Part shown: in pieces, positions 1-8,392 of the stretch
Layout of the letters: every line of letters starts with the position of its first letter
How positions within the stretch are numbered: the stretch's first letter is position 1
Assembly (NCBI GenBank): GCA_033763315.1
Contig: JANRKS010000001.1
Span: forward strand, 1 to 64,000
Length of the DNA stretch: 64,000 nt
Direction of reading: 5' to 3'
Source of the DNA: Deltaproteobacteria bacterium
GTDB taxonomy: Bacteria > Myxococcota_A > Polyangia > Fen-1088
Translations under genes and position numbers: made by a program
Notes under the pieces: model-generated
What the model saw: the letters and a program-made list of their open reading frames with translations, nothing else
Told to the model about the DNA's origin: nothing
The model's database searches: none

Positions 1-524
1 CGAACGGCTTCCTCCCGCAACATGGCGAATAAATCGGTGACGCCTGGATCGCAGCCCTGCTGGTAAAGCAAGGTTGTGATTTGGCCACGATGATGGGTCT
101 GATGGTTAAACAAATGCGCCACCGCCCACCACAGCGGAGACTCCTGCTTTTGACCGTGGCGAATGTAGATCAGCGATGCCGCAAGGCGATCTTGAGTGAG
201 CGTGGCAATCCATGCAGATAGCTCGTGGTCGGTGAGCGCTCGCTCGCGCCGTAGATCCTCAAAATCAGTGTAGAGCTGCTGATCAAGCGACACGATGCCC
301 GGCGCCATAAGGCCTTCAGGCGCTTGCATACCTTTGAACCGCGAGAGCCAGACGCGGTCGGCAAGCAGAAGGTGGTTCAGTGTGCCGTGAATCGATTTGA
401 AGAAGGCGCCGCAGTCGCGCTTGCGTGCTTCATCGCTCAACGTGGCCGCCACAGCATAGAGCTTCTCATTCATCCAGTGGTTGTAACGAGCAGAGGCGCT
501 CAGCCAATCGGTAGTCAGCATCAT
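1..524 (-). CDS. DinB/YfiT-family protein (3' end runs off the window)
   Basis: Manual translation (absent from ORF track): MMLTTDWLSASARYNHWMNEKLY...FFKSIHGTLNHLLLADRVWLSRF...HLFNHQTHHRGQITTLL, typical DinB His motifs. Confidence 0.85.
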   Translation of the reverse strand, partial: MMLTTDWLSASARYNHWMNEKLYAVAATLSDEARKRDCGAFFKSIHGTLNHLLLADRVWLSRFKGMQAPEGLMAPGIVSLDQQLYTDFEDLRRERALTDHELSAWIATLTQDRLAASLIYIRHGQKQESPLWWAVAHLFNHQTHHRGQITTLLYQQGCDPGVTDLFAMLREEAV

Positions 525-716
525 CGTAAAACTACGGCGGTGCCGCTGCGTTGGCAACGGGGCGGTCAGCGAAGGCGCGCACACAGCCGCGTTTGAAAAC
601 GTAAGGCATCGGCCTGCAGCGAACGCTCACCGCCTGGCGGGTCCCGGGGTAAGGGAACGACCTTGCGAGCGCCTCAATACGTTTCAGCCACGCTCGCGTT
701 GAGCGCTGCGTGTCCC

Positions 717-1157
717 CTACGGTGATGACATCTTCGCCATGCGCTCTTGCATCTGTTCAGGGCTCAGGTCTTCTTTGTGAGTCATGATCGACCATCGTTG
801 GCCAAACGGGTCTTTCAGCGAACCAGCCCTGTCACCATAAAATTTGTCCGATGGTGGCTCGAGCTGTTGGGCGCCCGCCGCCATGGCGCGGTGAAAAACG
901 GCATCACAATCGTCAACGTATAGACAGATGAGCGAGGACGTTTGCGGCCACTCTTCGTTACCGGACGCCAACATGAGAATCGAGTCACCGATCTTTAGTT
1001 CGGCGTGACCGATGGCGCCGCCAGGCATGGGCATGCGCATGACCTCCGTTGCGTTAAAAGCTTTCTTGTAGAACTCGATGGCCTCCTCACACCTTGGCAA
1101 AACAAGGTAAGGCGTAAGACTTCCATATTGCGGTGGCACCGCCTGAACTTTGGACAT
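717..1157 (-). CDS. VOC/glyoxalase (PhnB-like) protein
   Basis: LTPYL...AIEFYKKAF...HAELKIGDS...FYGDRAGSLKDPFGQRW; GGAGG RBS upstream. Confidence 0.88.
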   Translation of the reverse strand: MSKVQAVPPQYGSLTPYLVLPRCEEAIEFYKKAFNATEVMRMPMPGGAIGHAELKIGDSILMLASGNEEWPQTSSLICLYVDDCDAVFHRAMAAGAQQLEPPSDKFYGDRAGSLKDPFGQRWSIMTHKEDLSPEQMQERMAKMSSP

Positions 1158-1357
1158 GATTTTTCCTCCAGGCTCAGCCTATCAGACGTCGTGCCGCAGG
1201 CGCACGCCGCGCCTGTTTTGCGGAAGGGGCGCAAACCAGAACGAGCCAGGCCGATCGACGTCTCGTTGCGGTTACACTGTTCATCGGCGCCCTCGCCCCT
1301 CCGCGAGCGAGCCAACCCTAAGAAAGTCACGACCGAACCCTTTAAGCGCGAACTCCC

Positions 1358-1383
1358 GTATCCTTTTAACTGGCTCGTTCGTC
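1358..1383 (+). promoter_or_regulatory. Possible ECF sigma promoter (GTATCC-N16-CGTC)
   Basis: CGTC -10 element 8 nt before ATG 1392, which has no obvious RBS; lies upstream of an operon containing an ECF sigma. Confidence 0.35.
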
Positions 1384-1391
1384 CATCGTGC

Positions 1392-1985
1392 ATGACAACC
1401 AAAGATCCCCATTCGCGCCGCCTGTATGTTTCAATGGCCATGTCCCTCGATGGCTTCATTGAGGACAAAGACCATGCCCTTGATTGGTTCGACGACCAAA
1501 GTCCTCAATTCGCGCAGTACTGCGACGAAATGATCGATGCTGTGGGCCTTGCCGTCTTTGGGCGCCGTTCGTACGACATGATGCTTGCCTATTGGCCCAA
1601 CGCCGAACACCATTCAACCTCTCCGCGAGATCAGGCTTTCGCACGCAAGATGAACGCCCTGCCCAAGGTTGTTTTGTCGCGCACATTGCAACACGCTGCA
1701 TGGGACAACACCCGAATCATCAACACCGACGCAGCAACAGCGTTATCAGCGCTCAAACGCGAAGGGGGCAAACCGATCGTGGCGTGGGGCGGCGCCAACT
1801 TGGTGACCGCGCTGCTGAACATGCGCTTGGTCGACGAGATTCGCGTGTTGGTGCACCCAGTGCTCTTGGGCAAAGGAACACCTTTGTTCTCCGGTTTGGA
1901 GAACCGGATCGACTTGAAACTGGTTCGTACAACCCAACTCGGCGCCAACCTCTCGGTGTTGTGCTTCGAGCCGCAGTGGACATAG
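1392..1985 (+). CDS. Dihydrofolate reductase-like (RibD C-terminal) protein
   Basis: MSLDGFIE, FGRRSY, PKVVLSRTL, WGGANL, LVDEIRVLVHPVLLGKGTPLF; start reassigned to ATG 1392. Confidence 0.88.
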   Translation: MTTKDPHSRRLYVSMAMSLDGFIEDKDHALDWFDDQSPQFAQYCDEMIDAVGLAVFGRRSYDMMLAYWPNAEHHSTSPRDQAFARKMNALPKVVLSRTLQHAAWDNTRIINTDAATALSALKREGGKPIVAWGGANLVTALLNMRLVDEIRVLVHPVLLGKGTPLFSGLENRIDLKLVRTTQLGANLSVLCFEPQWT

Positions 1986-1988
1986 CAA

Positions 1989-2972
1989 ATGGTCGATACC
2001 CTCGATGAGATGACAGCGCAGGTGCGTGGCTCTTGGCAGCGGTTCCTCGATGTGTTCGAGCCTTTGCGACCAGACCTCTATCGCTACTGCCGTCACCTCA
2101 CGCGCAGCGCTTGGGATGCTGAAGATCTGTCGCAAGATGCGATGGCGCGCGCGTTCGTGACGCTGGGCACGTTGTTTGGCGAAGTTCCCAATCCGCGTGC
2201 GTGGCTGTTTCGTGTCGCTTCAAACCTTTGGATTGATCAAAAGCGGCGTGCGCGACTGCAGGCGGATGATTCGCGAGCGGACTTGGAGATGGCGTCGCAT
2301 GTTTCACCATCAGCACAAGGGCTGCGCGAAGCCGCCGGAACGTTGCTTGTGCATCTGTCACCGCAGGAACGGGCCGCCGTTGTGTTGAAAGACGTGTTTG
2401 ACTTTTCGCTCGACGAGGTTGCCGAGGTTCTCTCAACATCTGTAGGGGCCATCAAGGCAGCCTTGCACCGCGGCCGCGGCAAAGTGATTTCGCCTGAAGA
2501 ACGCGAGAGTCATGGCGTCAAGCCGGCGGTGCTTGACGAATTTTGCGCCGCTTTCAACGCCCGTGACCTTGACCGGCTCACCGCACTTTTGCTCACAACC
2601 GCCAGCGTCGAGATTGTGGGCGTGGTGACCGAATACGGCCAAGACGCGCCCAAGCATCCAAGCCGAGGTTCTTTCGCCGGAACCATGGCACCCATCACCT
2701 ACGATGAACGCGGTGGCGTACGCCCTGAATTTTTGCAGGGCTATCGAGGCGGCGGGCCACGCTGCGAAGGGCTGGTGCACCGAGATGTCCTGTTGCTGCT
2801 GTTCTGGTACGATCATGACAGTGGCCCCGCTGTGCGTACGATCATGACGGTGCAAACGGAAGGCGACAGCATCGCTCGGATCCGCAACTATTTCTTCTCG
2901 CCGGATGTGATCGCAGACATTTGCGCCGAGCTCGCTGTTCCTTATCGGACCAACGGTTATCGGTATTGGTGA
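1989..2972 (+). CDS. ECF sigma-70 factor with C-terminal SnoaL-like extension
   Basis: Region 2 (LYRYC..DAEDLSQD..AWLFRVASN.WID), region 4 (LSPQERAAVVLKDVFDFSLDEVA..STSVGAIKAALHRGR), then FNARDLDRLTALL. Confidence 0.88.
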   Translation: MVDTLDEMTAQVRGSWQRFLDVFEPLRPDLYRYCRHLTRSAWDAEDLSQDAMARAFVTLGTLFGEVPNPRAWLFRVASNLWIDQKRRARLQADDSRADLEMASHVSPSAQGLREAAGTLLVHLSPQERAAVVLKDVFDFSLDEVAEVLSTSVGAIKAALHRGRGKVISPEERESHGVKPAVLDEFCAAFNARDLDRLTALLLTTASVEIVGVVTEYGQDAPKHPSRGSFAGTMAPITYDERGGVRPEFLQGYRGGGPRCEGLVHRDVLLLLFWYDHDSGPAVRTIMTVQTEGDSIARIRNYFFSPDVIADICAELAVPYRTNGYRYW

Positions 2973-3050
2973 GCGTGCCGTACCCGAAAGATTAGACAGC
3001 GTCTTGCTCGTTGCCTGGAGGTGTCGGCTTGTTTGGTATAGAAACGCCAC

Positions 3051-3389
3051 ATGACAAGTGAGGTGTTCAACGTGGTTCGGCAGATCAACGTTCACGAACT
3101 CAAAGCGATGCTGGAGGGGAATGAGCGGCTGCAGCTTTGGGACGTCCGCACCGATGCAGAACGGCGCATCGCCGTGATTCCGGGCGCGCGGCACTTGGAT
3201 CAGCAGGGCGTGGAGGAGCTTGACGATTTGGATCGCGAAACGCTGCTGGTGTTCCACTGCCACCACGGCATCCGCAGTCAAGCGGCGGCCGAATACTTTG
3301 CCGCCAAAGGCTTTACCAACCTTTGCAACGTCACGGGCGGCATCGAAGCGTGGTCGGTGCAGATCGATCCGGCAGTGCCACGATACTAA
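3051..3389 (+). CDS. Single-domain rhodanese
   Basis: DVRT..E, active-site CHHGIRS, GGIEAWS..IDP.VPRY. Confidence 0.88.
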   Translation: MTSEVFNVVRQINVHELKAMLEGNERLQLWDVRTDAERRIAVIPGARHLDQQGVEELDDLDRETLLVFHCHHGIRSQAAAEYFAAKGFTNLCNVTGGIEAWSVQIDPAVPRY

Positions 3390-3491
3390 AACCCGATCGC
3401 GCGCCGCCACGGGAGCCGAGGCCAACGACGAGGTTTGGCGGAACGTGGGCTTTGAGCGCGCAGCCCAATGTGAGTCTTTTCAGTCGAAGTG

Positions 3492-3513
3492 GAAATTACT
3501 CATGAGTAATTTC
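3492..3513. promoter_or_regulatory. Perfect 22-bp palindrome GAAATTACTCATGAGTAATTTC, probable operator
   Basis: Exactly self-complementary, AT-rich; near-copy half-site TGGAAATCACTCAT at 3523-3536. Confidence 0.6.
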
Positions 3514-3546
3514 AGGTGATACTGGAAATCACTCATAACATCGTAG

Positions 3547-3930
3547 CGCTATCTCGCGGCCGCAATCAAGGCCGACCTGGTCGAGAAGATGGTGTTTCTG
3601 CGCGGGCGGTTCGAGAACCTTGTGGCTTCACAGTTGCTGAAGTTCTGCCATTACACAGAGGACACACAAGGCCATCGCATGGAACTGCGATACTTACGCG
3701 ACACGGACGGCCGTGAGGTGGACTTCGTGGTGGTCAAGGACAAGCGACCCATGTTTGCCGTGGAAGTGAAGACGGGCGATGTTGGCATTAGCCCTTCGCT
3801 CCGATACTTCAAGGAACGCACCGGCATCCCTCGTTGGTATCAGGTTCACGCCCGCACCAAAGACGTGCAAGTGGAGGGCGTTCGGATCTTGCCCTTGGCA
3901 GCGCTGTGCAAGGCAGAAGGATTGCCGTAG
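3547..3930 (+). pseudogene. Remnant of AAA_14/DUF4143 ATP-binding protein with internal deletion
   Basis: N-terminal RYLAAAIKADLVEKMVFL joined directly to C-terminal RFENLV...YLRDTDGREVDFV...AVEVK; no Walker A/B; in-frame TAG at 3544. Confidence 0.7.
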
Positions 3931-3969
3931 CCTGCGCCGTGCAAATGGTTTTCGCCGGGCCGGCGGCCG

Positions 3970-4734
3970 TTAACCGAAGCGACCCGTAATGTAATCTTCC
4001 GTGCGCTGTTGTGAGGGCTTTGTGAACAGCGTTTCGGTTTTGTCGAACTCGATCAGATCGCCCATGTAGAAAAAGGCGCAGTAATCTGAAACGCGCGCGG
4101 CCTGCTGCATGTTGTGCGTAACGATGATTACCGTGTAGTCGTTCGCCAGCTCGTGAATGAGCTCTTCGATGTGCGCTGTGGCAATCGGATCGAGGGCGGA
4201 CGCAGGCTCGTCCATGAGCAAGACCTCTGGTTCCACAGCCAGCGCGCGGGCGATGCACAAGCGCTGCTGTTGGCCGCCGGACAGGCCGAGCGCGCTTTCT
4301 TGGAGTCGATCCGCCACTTCGTTCCACAAGGCGGCGTGCTTGAGCGCGCGCTCAACGCGGCCGGCGATGTCGCTGTTGTCCTTGATGCCACCGATGCGTA
4401 AGCCGTAGGCAACGTTCTCGAAGATCGATTTTGGAAACGGATTGGATTTTTGAAACACCATGCCCACGCGCCGGCGCACGGACACAGCGTCGATGCCAGG
4501 TCCGTAGATGCGATCGTTCTCAAGGCGCACGTCGCCTTCGACGCGGCAGCCAGGGATGAGTTCGTTCATGCGGTTAAGCGATCGCAAGAACGTGGATTTG
4601 CCGCAACCAGACGGACCAATGAGCGAAGTGACGTGCTTTTCAGGGAGATCCAAGGACAAGGGGCCCACGGCCTTCTTGTCTCCGTAAAAAACGGACAGAT
4701 CCTTCACGGTCATCTTGGCGGGCGGCTTTTCCAT
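3970..4734 (-). CDS. pstB: Phosphate ABC transporter ATPase
   Basis: [47 protein letters not shown]; start taken at MEKPP. Confidence 0.95.
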   Translation of the reverse strand: MEKPPAKMTVKDLSVFYGDKKAVGPLSLDLPEKHVTSLIGPSGCGKSTFLRSLNRMNELIPGCRVEGDVRLENDRIYGPGIDAVSVRRRVGMVFQKSNPFPKSIFENVAYGLRIGGIKDNSDIAGRVERALKHAALWNEVADRLQESALGLSGGQQQRLCIARALAVEPEVLLMDEPASALDPIATAHIEELIHELANDYTVIIVTHNMQQAARVSDYCAFFYMGDLIEFDKTETLFTKPSQQRTEDYITGRFG

Positions 4735-4750
4735 GAACGTACGACGAGAC

Positions 4751-5677
4751 TTAGCGGGCGCTGGCGATGCGGGCACGCATTTTCGCGCGAACAACCACGG
4801 CGGCGAGGTTTAAAGAGAACGTCAATGCCAGCAAAACTGTGACGGTGGCGTAAAGCAACGGCTTGGTGGCGTCAACGTCGGGGGACTGCGTGGCGAGCGT
4901 GTAAACGTGGTTGCCCAAATGCATAAACTGCGAAGAGAAACTTTCGGGTAGCTTGGGCAGAAAATACGCGACGCCGGTGAACATGATGGGCGCCACTTCA
5001 CCTGCGCCGCGGCTGATCGCCAAAATGGTGCCTGTCAAAATGCCAGGCGCGGCTTGCGGCACGACAACGCGAAAAATGGTCTGAAACTTTGTGGCACCCA
5101 GGGCCAGCGAGGCTTCGCGCAGATCGCGTGGGATCGCGCGTAAGGCTTCTTCGGTGGCAACAATCACCACGGGCAGCGTTAGCACGGCCATAGTGAGCGA
5201 CGCCCAGATCAGCGCCGGTTGCGCATAAACGCGTTCACCACCGAACAACGTCTTATCGATCGCCGGCCCCACGAATTGCACGAAGAAACCCAAGCCAAAC
5301 AAGCCGAACACGATGGAGGGCACGCCCGCCAAATTGTTCACGGCCACCCGGATGGCGCGGGTGATTCTGGAGCTGGGCGCCGCGTACTCGTTCAAATATA
5401 TTGCGGTGGCCACCCCTATGGGCACGACGGCGATGGTCATCACCAACACGAGGGCCACGGTGCCGATGAGCGCGGGAAAGATTCCACCCGCCGTCATGCC
5501 TTCGCGGGGCGCCTCAAACAGGAAGCCCAACGTCAGCTTGGGCCAGCCGTTCTTGATCACGTCGATGACGATGATCGCCAACACGGCCAAAATCAGGGTG
5601 GTGGCGAGGCCCGTGGCCACGCGCAAAGACGTGTCGACGGCCAAGTGGCGCCGGCTGCGTTGAAACGGCGCGGTCAC
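4751..5677 (-). CDS. pstA: Phosphate ABC transporter permease
   Basis: [43 protein letters not shown]. Confidence 0.95.
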   Translation of the reverse strand: MTAPFQRSRRHLAVDTSLRVATGLATTLILAVLAIIVIDVIKNGWPKLTLGFLFEAPREGMTAGGIFPALIGTVALVLVMTIAVVPIGVATAIYLNEYAAPSSRITRAIRVAVNNLAGVPSIVFGLFGLGFFVQFVGPAIDKTLFGGERVYAQPALIWASLTMAVLTLPVVIVATEEALRAIPRDLREASLALGATKFQTIFRVVVPQAAPGILTGTILAISRGAGEVAPIMFTGVAYFLPKLPESFSSQFMHLGNHVYTLATQSPDVDATKPLLYATVTVLLALTFSLNLAAVVVRAKMRARIASAR

Positions 5678-6720
5678 GCGGCCACCCCAAGCTTGCGCTT
5701 CATACGCTGAATGATGAGATCGCCTGAGAAATTGACCACGCCGGTGATGGTGAACAACATGGCGCCCAAGAAAAACAACACCGTGTAATGGCCGCCGCCG
5801 AACACAACTTCAGCCAATTCCGCGGCAATCGTGGCGGGGATCGTGCGCACAGAGTCGAGCAAATCAAGGTTCGCCAGCGCTGCGTTGCCAGACGCCATCA
5901 ACACGATCATGGTCTCGCCCACAGCACGCCCCAAGCCTAACGCCACACCAGCCGCGATGCCGGGGCTTGCGGCGGGCAACACCACGCGCACCACGGTTTG
6001 CCAGCGCGCGGCGCCCAAGGCTGTAGACGCTTCGACGTAACTGCGCGGAACCGCGCGAAACGCCTCTTCCGAAATGGTGAACACGACAGGGATCACCGCG
6101 AACGACAAGGCCACGCCGGCGACCACGGCGTTGAGCCGCGATTCAAGGTCGAACCAATCTTGCAGCACCGTGGCCATCACGATGAGGGCGAAGAAGCCCA
6201 ACACCACCGACGGAATGGCGGCCAACATCTCGATGGCGGGTTTGACGATCTCACGCAGGCGCGGCCCGGCAAATTGCGAGACGTAAAGGGCGGCCCCCAC
6301 AGCCACAGGCACGCCCGCCAACATCGCCACGAAGGTGACCTTTAAACTGCCGATGATAAGCGGCCATACGCCGAACTTGGGGATGTCTGACACTGGTTGC
6401 CATACGTGGCTGGCTTCGTCGTAGCCCGGCCACAACTGTGCGGTCCACATCTTGCCGATTGTGACTTCCTTGTGAACCTCGTGGCTCCACAACAGCGGCA
6501 GCGCTTCTTTGGCGATGAAGATGAAGATGAGCGCCACGGCAGCGATCGCCGAGAACGCCATCAGTTTGAGCATCACTTCCGCGACCCCGTGCCAACGCGG
6601 GGGCGGCACCAGGTTCAACCGGCCGTTCGCCGTGCCCAACCGATCCGCCGAGGCGGAAGACGTGGAGGAAGGCAGAGACGATTGAAGTGACCGGCTGATG
6701 GTTCCACCGTTGGTAGACAC
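5674..6720 (-). CDS. pstC: Phosphate ABC transporter permease (start uncertain; ORF extends to 6810)
   Basis: KPAIEMLAAIPSVVLGFF, GRAVGETMIVLMASGN; GTG 6720 preferred because a Pho box lies at 6765-6782. Confidence 0.92.
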   Translation of the reverse strand: MSTNGGTISRSLQSSLPSSTSSASADRLGTANGRLNLVPPPRWHGVAEVMLKLMAFSAIAAVALIFIFIAKEALPLLWSHEVHKEVTIGKMWTAQLWPGYDEASHVWQPVSDIPKFGVWPLIIGSLKVTFVAMLAGVPVAVGAALYVSQFAGPRLREIVKPAIEMLAAIPSVVLGFFALIVMATVLQDWFDLESRLNAVVAGVALSFAVIPVVFTISEEAFRAVPRSYVEASTALGAARWQTVVRVVLPAASPGIAAGVALGLGRAVGETMIVLMASGNAALANLDLLDSVRTIPATIAAELAEVVFGGGHYTVLFFLGAMLFTITGVVNFSGDLIIQRMKRKLGVAA

Positions 6721-6764
6721 GGTCCAACTAAACCAGGGCCCCGTGGAAGCTGTGTGCCTCTTAA

Positions 6765-6782
6765 GTGACAATCGTGTGACAG
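6765..6782 (-). promoter_or_regulatory. Pho box (PhoB binding site)
   Basis: Minus strand CTGTCAC-ACGA-TTGTCAC: two CTGTCA(T/C)-like heptamers at 11-bp period between pstS and pstC. Confidence 0.75.
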
Positions 6783-6813
6783 GCGGAGGAAACCTTAACG
6801 ACGGCGCCATGCG

Positions 6814-7671
6814 CTATTTTACGGGGAAATACCCCACGCCGCTTACGATGGCTTGCCCGCGTTTGCTGGAGGCGAAATCCACGAACGCCTTCACTTTGCC
6901 GGTGGCAGGTTTGGCCAAATAAAAGAAAAGCGGCCGTGCCAACGGGTATTGCCCCGACTGAATCGTGCTTAGGTCGATGCTGACGGCAGGTCCCTCGGCG
7001 CCCCGCCGCACTTTGAGTTTCTTCACGCCGACCGCGTAGGCGGCGCCGCCGAAACCAATCGCGCCACGCTCATGGGCCACCGCATTTACCACGCCCGCGG
7101 TGCCGGGGATCATTTGCGTGCCCGCCGCCAGGTCCGCCCCGTCGAGCAGGTGCTCTTTAAAAAACACGTACGTGCCCGAGCTGTTCTCGCGGGCGTAGGC
7201 AATGATGGTGGCCTCAGGCCCGCCCAGTTCCCGCCAATTCGTGAGCTTGCCGGTGTAAATGTCCTTAAGTTGCGTGGTGCTGATCTCGTCGACCGGGTTG
7301 GCTGTGTTCACATAGATAGCGAGTCCGTCGCGTGCCACCACGAGCTCGATGGGGTCGCTGCCCGTGCGTGCGCGCAACGCGAGGCGCTCCTTATCGTTCA
7401 TCCGCCGCGACGCCTGACAAACGTCGGTGGTGCCGTTGATGAGCGCCACGATGCCTGTGCCGGATCCACCGCCAGACACCTGCACGGACGTGTGTGGCGT
7501 GGCGGCGGTGAAGGCCTCGGCCCAACGCTGCGCCAATGTCACCATGGTGTCGGATCCCTTGACGTTCACGGTGGTTGTCACGGCCCCGCGGGTGCAGGTC
7601 AAGGCAAGGCTTGCCCCGAGCATCAAAAAAAGCCGCGTGTGCGCTGCGAACGGCAACGTGGTTCGTCTCAA
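6814..7671 (-). CDS. pstS: Phosphate-binding protein
   Basis: VKGSDTM, GGGSGTGI, ASR, RENSSGT, YPLARPLFFY; N-terminal signal; TTG start overlaps phoB stop. Confidence 0.93.
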   Translation of the reverse strand: MRRTTLPFAAHTRLFLMLGASLALTCTRGAVTTTVNVKGSDTMVTLAQRWAEAFTAATPHTSVQVSGGGSGTGIVALINGTTDVCQASRRMNDKERLALRARTGSDPIELVVARDGLAIYVNTANPVDEISTTQLKDIYTGKLTNWRELGGPEATIIAYARENSSGTYVFFKEHLLDGADLAAGTQMIPGTAGVVNAVAHERGAIGFGGAAYAVGVKKLKVRRGAEGPAVSIDLSTIQSGQYPLARPLFFYLAKPATGKVKAFVDFASSKRGQAIVSGVGYFPVK

Positions 7672-8378
7672 CCTTCGGGAGGTTTCTCTAAGAATCGGTA
7701 GCCAACCCCGCGCACCGTTTCGATATAGTCGCCGGCCTGCCCGAGTTTTTCCCGCAAGCGCTTAACGTGCGTATCCACTGTGCGCGTGGCCATGTCCTCG
7801 CTGGCGCCCCACACTTCATCAAGCAACGTTGACCGAGACTGGACGCGGTTTTTGCGATCGTACAGTGTGCACAGCAACCGAAATTCAAGCGCGGTTAGGG
7901 TGACCTCTTGGCCCGCCACCCACACGCGATACGCTTCGCGGTCGATGGTCAGTTTGCCGAACCGCGTGGGCGGGCCGCCGGGCTGCCCGGCCGCTTCGCT
8001 CGCCTCGCTTTGCCCCCGCCGCAAGGTGACCTGCATGCGCAGCAACAGCTCGCGCGTGCTGTAGGGCTTGACCACGTAGTCATCGGCCCCGAGCTCAAAG
8101 CCCACAACGCGATCGATCTCTTCGCCTTTGGCGGTGACCATGATGACGGGAATGTGTTTGGTCTTGGGATCGGCTTTGAGCGATCGGCACAGATCCAACC
8201 CCGACGCTTCCGGCAGCATCAGATCTAACAGCACAAGATCGGGCAAACGCTCGCGCGCAAGCTCAAGCACACCCGCGCCATCGGCAGACGAGATGACCTC
8301 GTAGCCGGACGCCTTCAGGTTGTACGCGAGGACGTCTAGGAGATCTTTTTCGTCTTCGACGACGAGAATGAGGGGCAT
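7668..8378 (-). CDS. phoB: OmpR/PhoB-family response regulator
   Basis: Receiver (VVEDE, LLDLMLP, GADDYVVKP) plus winged helix (RTVDTHVKRLREKL, IETVRGVGYRF); adjacent to pst genes. Confidence 0.88.
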   Translation of the reverse strand: MPLILVVEDEKDLLDVLAYNLKASGYEVISSADGAGVLELARERLPDLVLLDLMLPEASGLDLCRSLKADPKTKHIPVIMVTAKGEEIDRVVGFELGADDYVVKPYSTRELLLRMQVTLRRGQSEASEAAGQPGGPPTRFGKLTIDREAYRVWVAGQEVTLTALEFRLLCTLYDRKNRVQSRSTLLDEVWGASEDMATRTVDTHVKRLREKLGQAGDYIETVRGVGYRFLEKPPEG

Positions 8379-8392
8379 GGCAAAGCTGTGGG

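Noticed and set aside
1005-1391. N-terminal extension of the DHFR-like ORF in the ORF track
   Set aside because: Overlaps the opposite-strand VOC gene; similarity to the family begins only after ATG 1392
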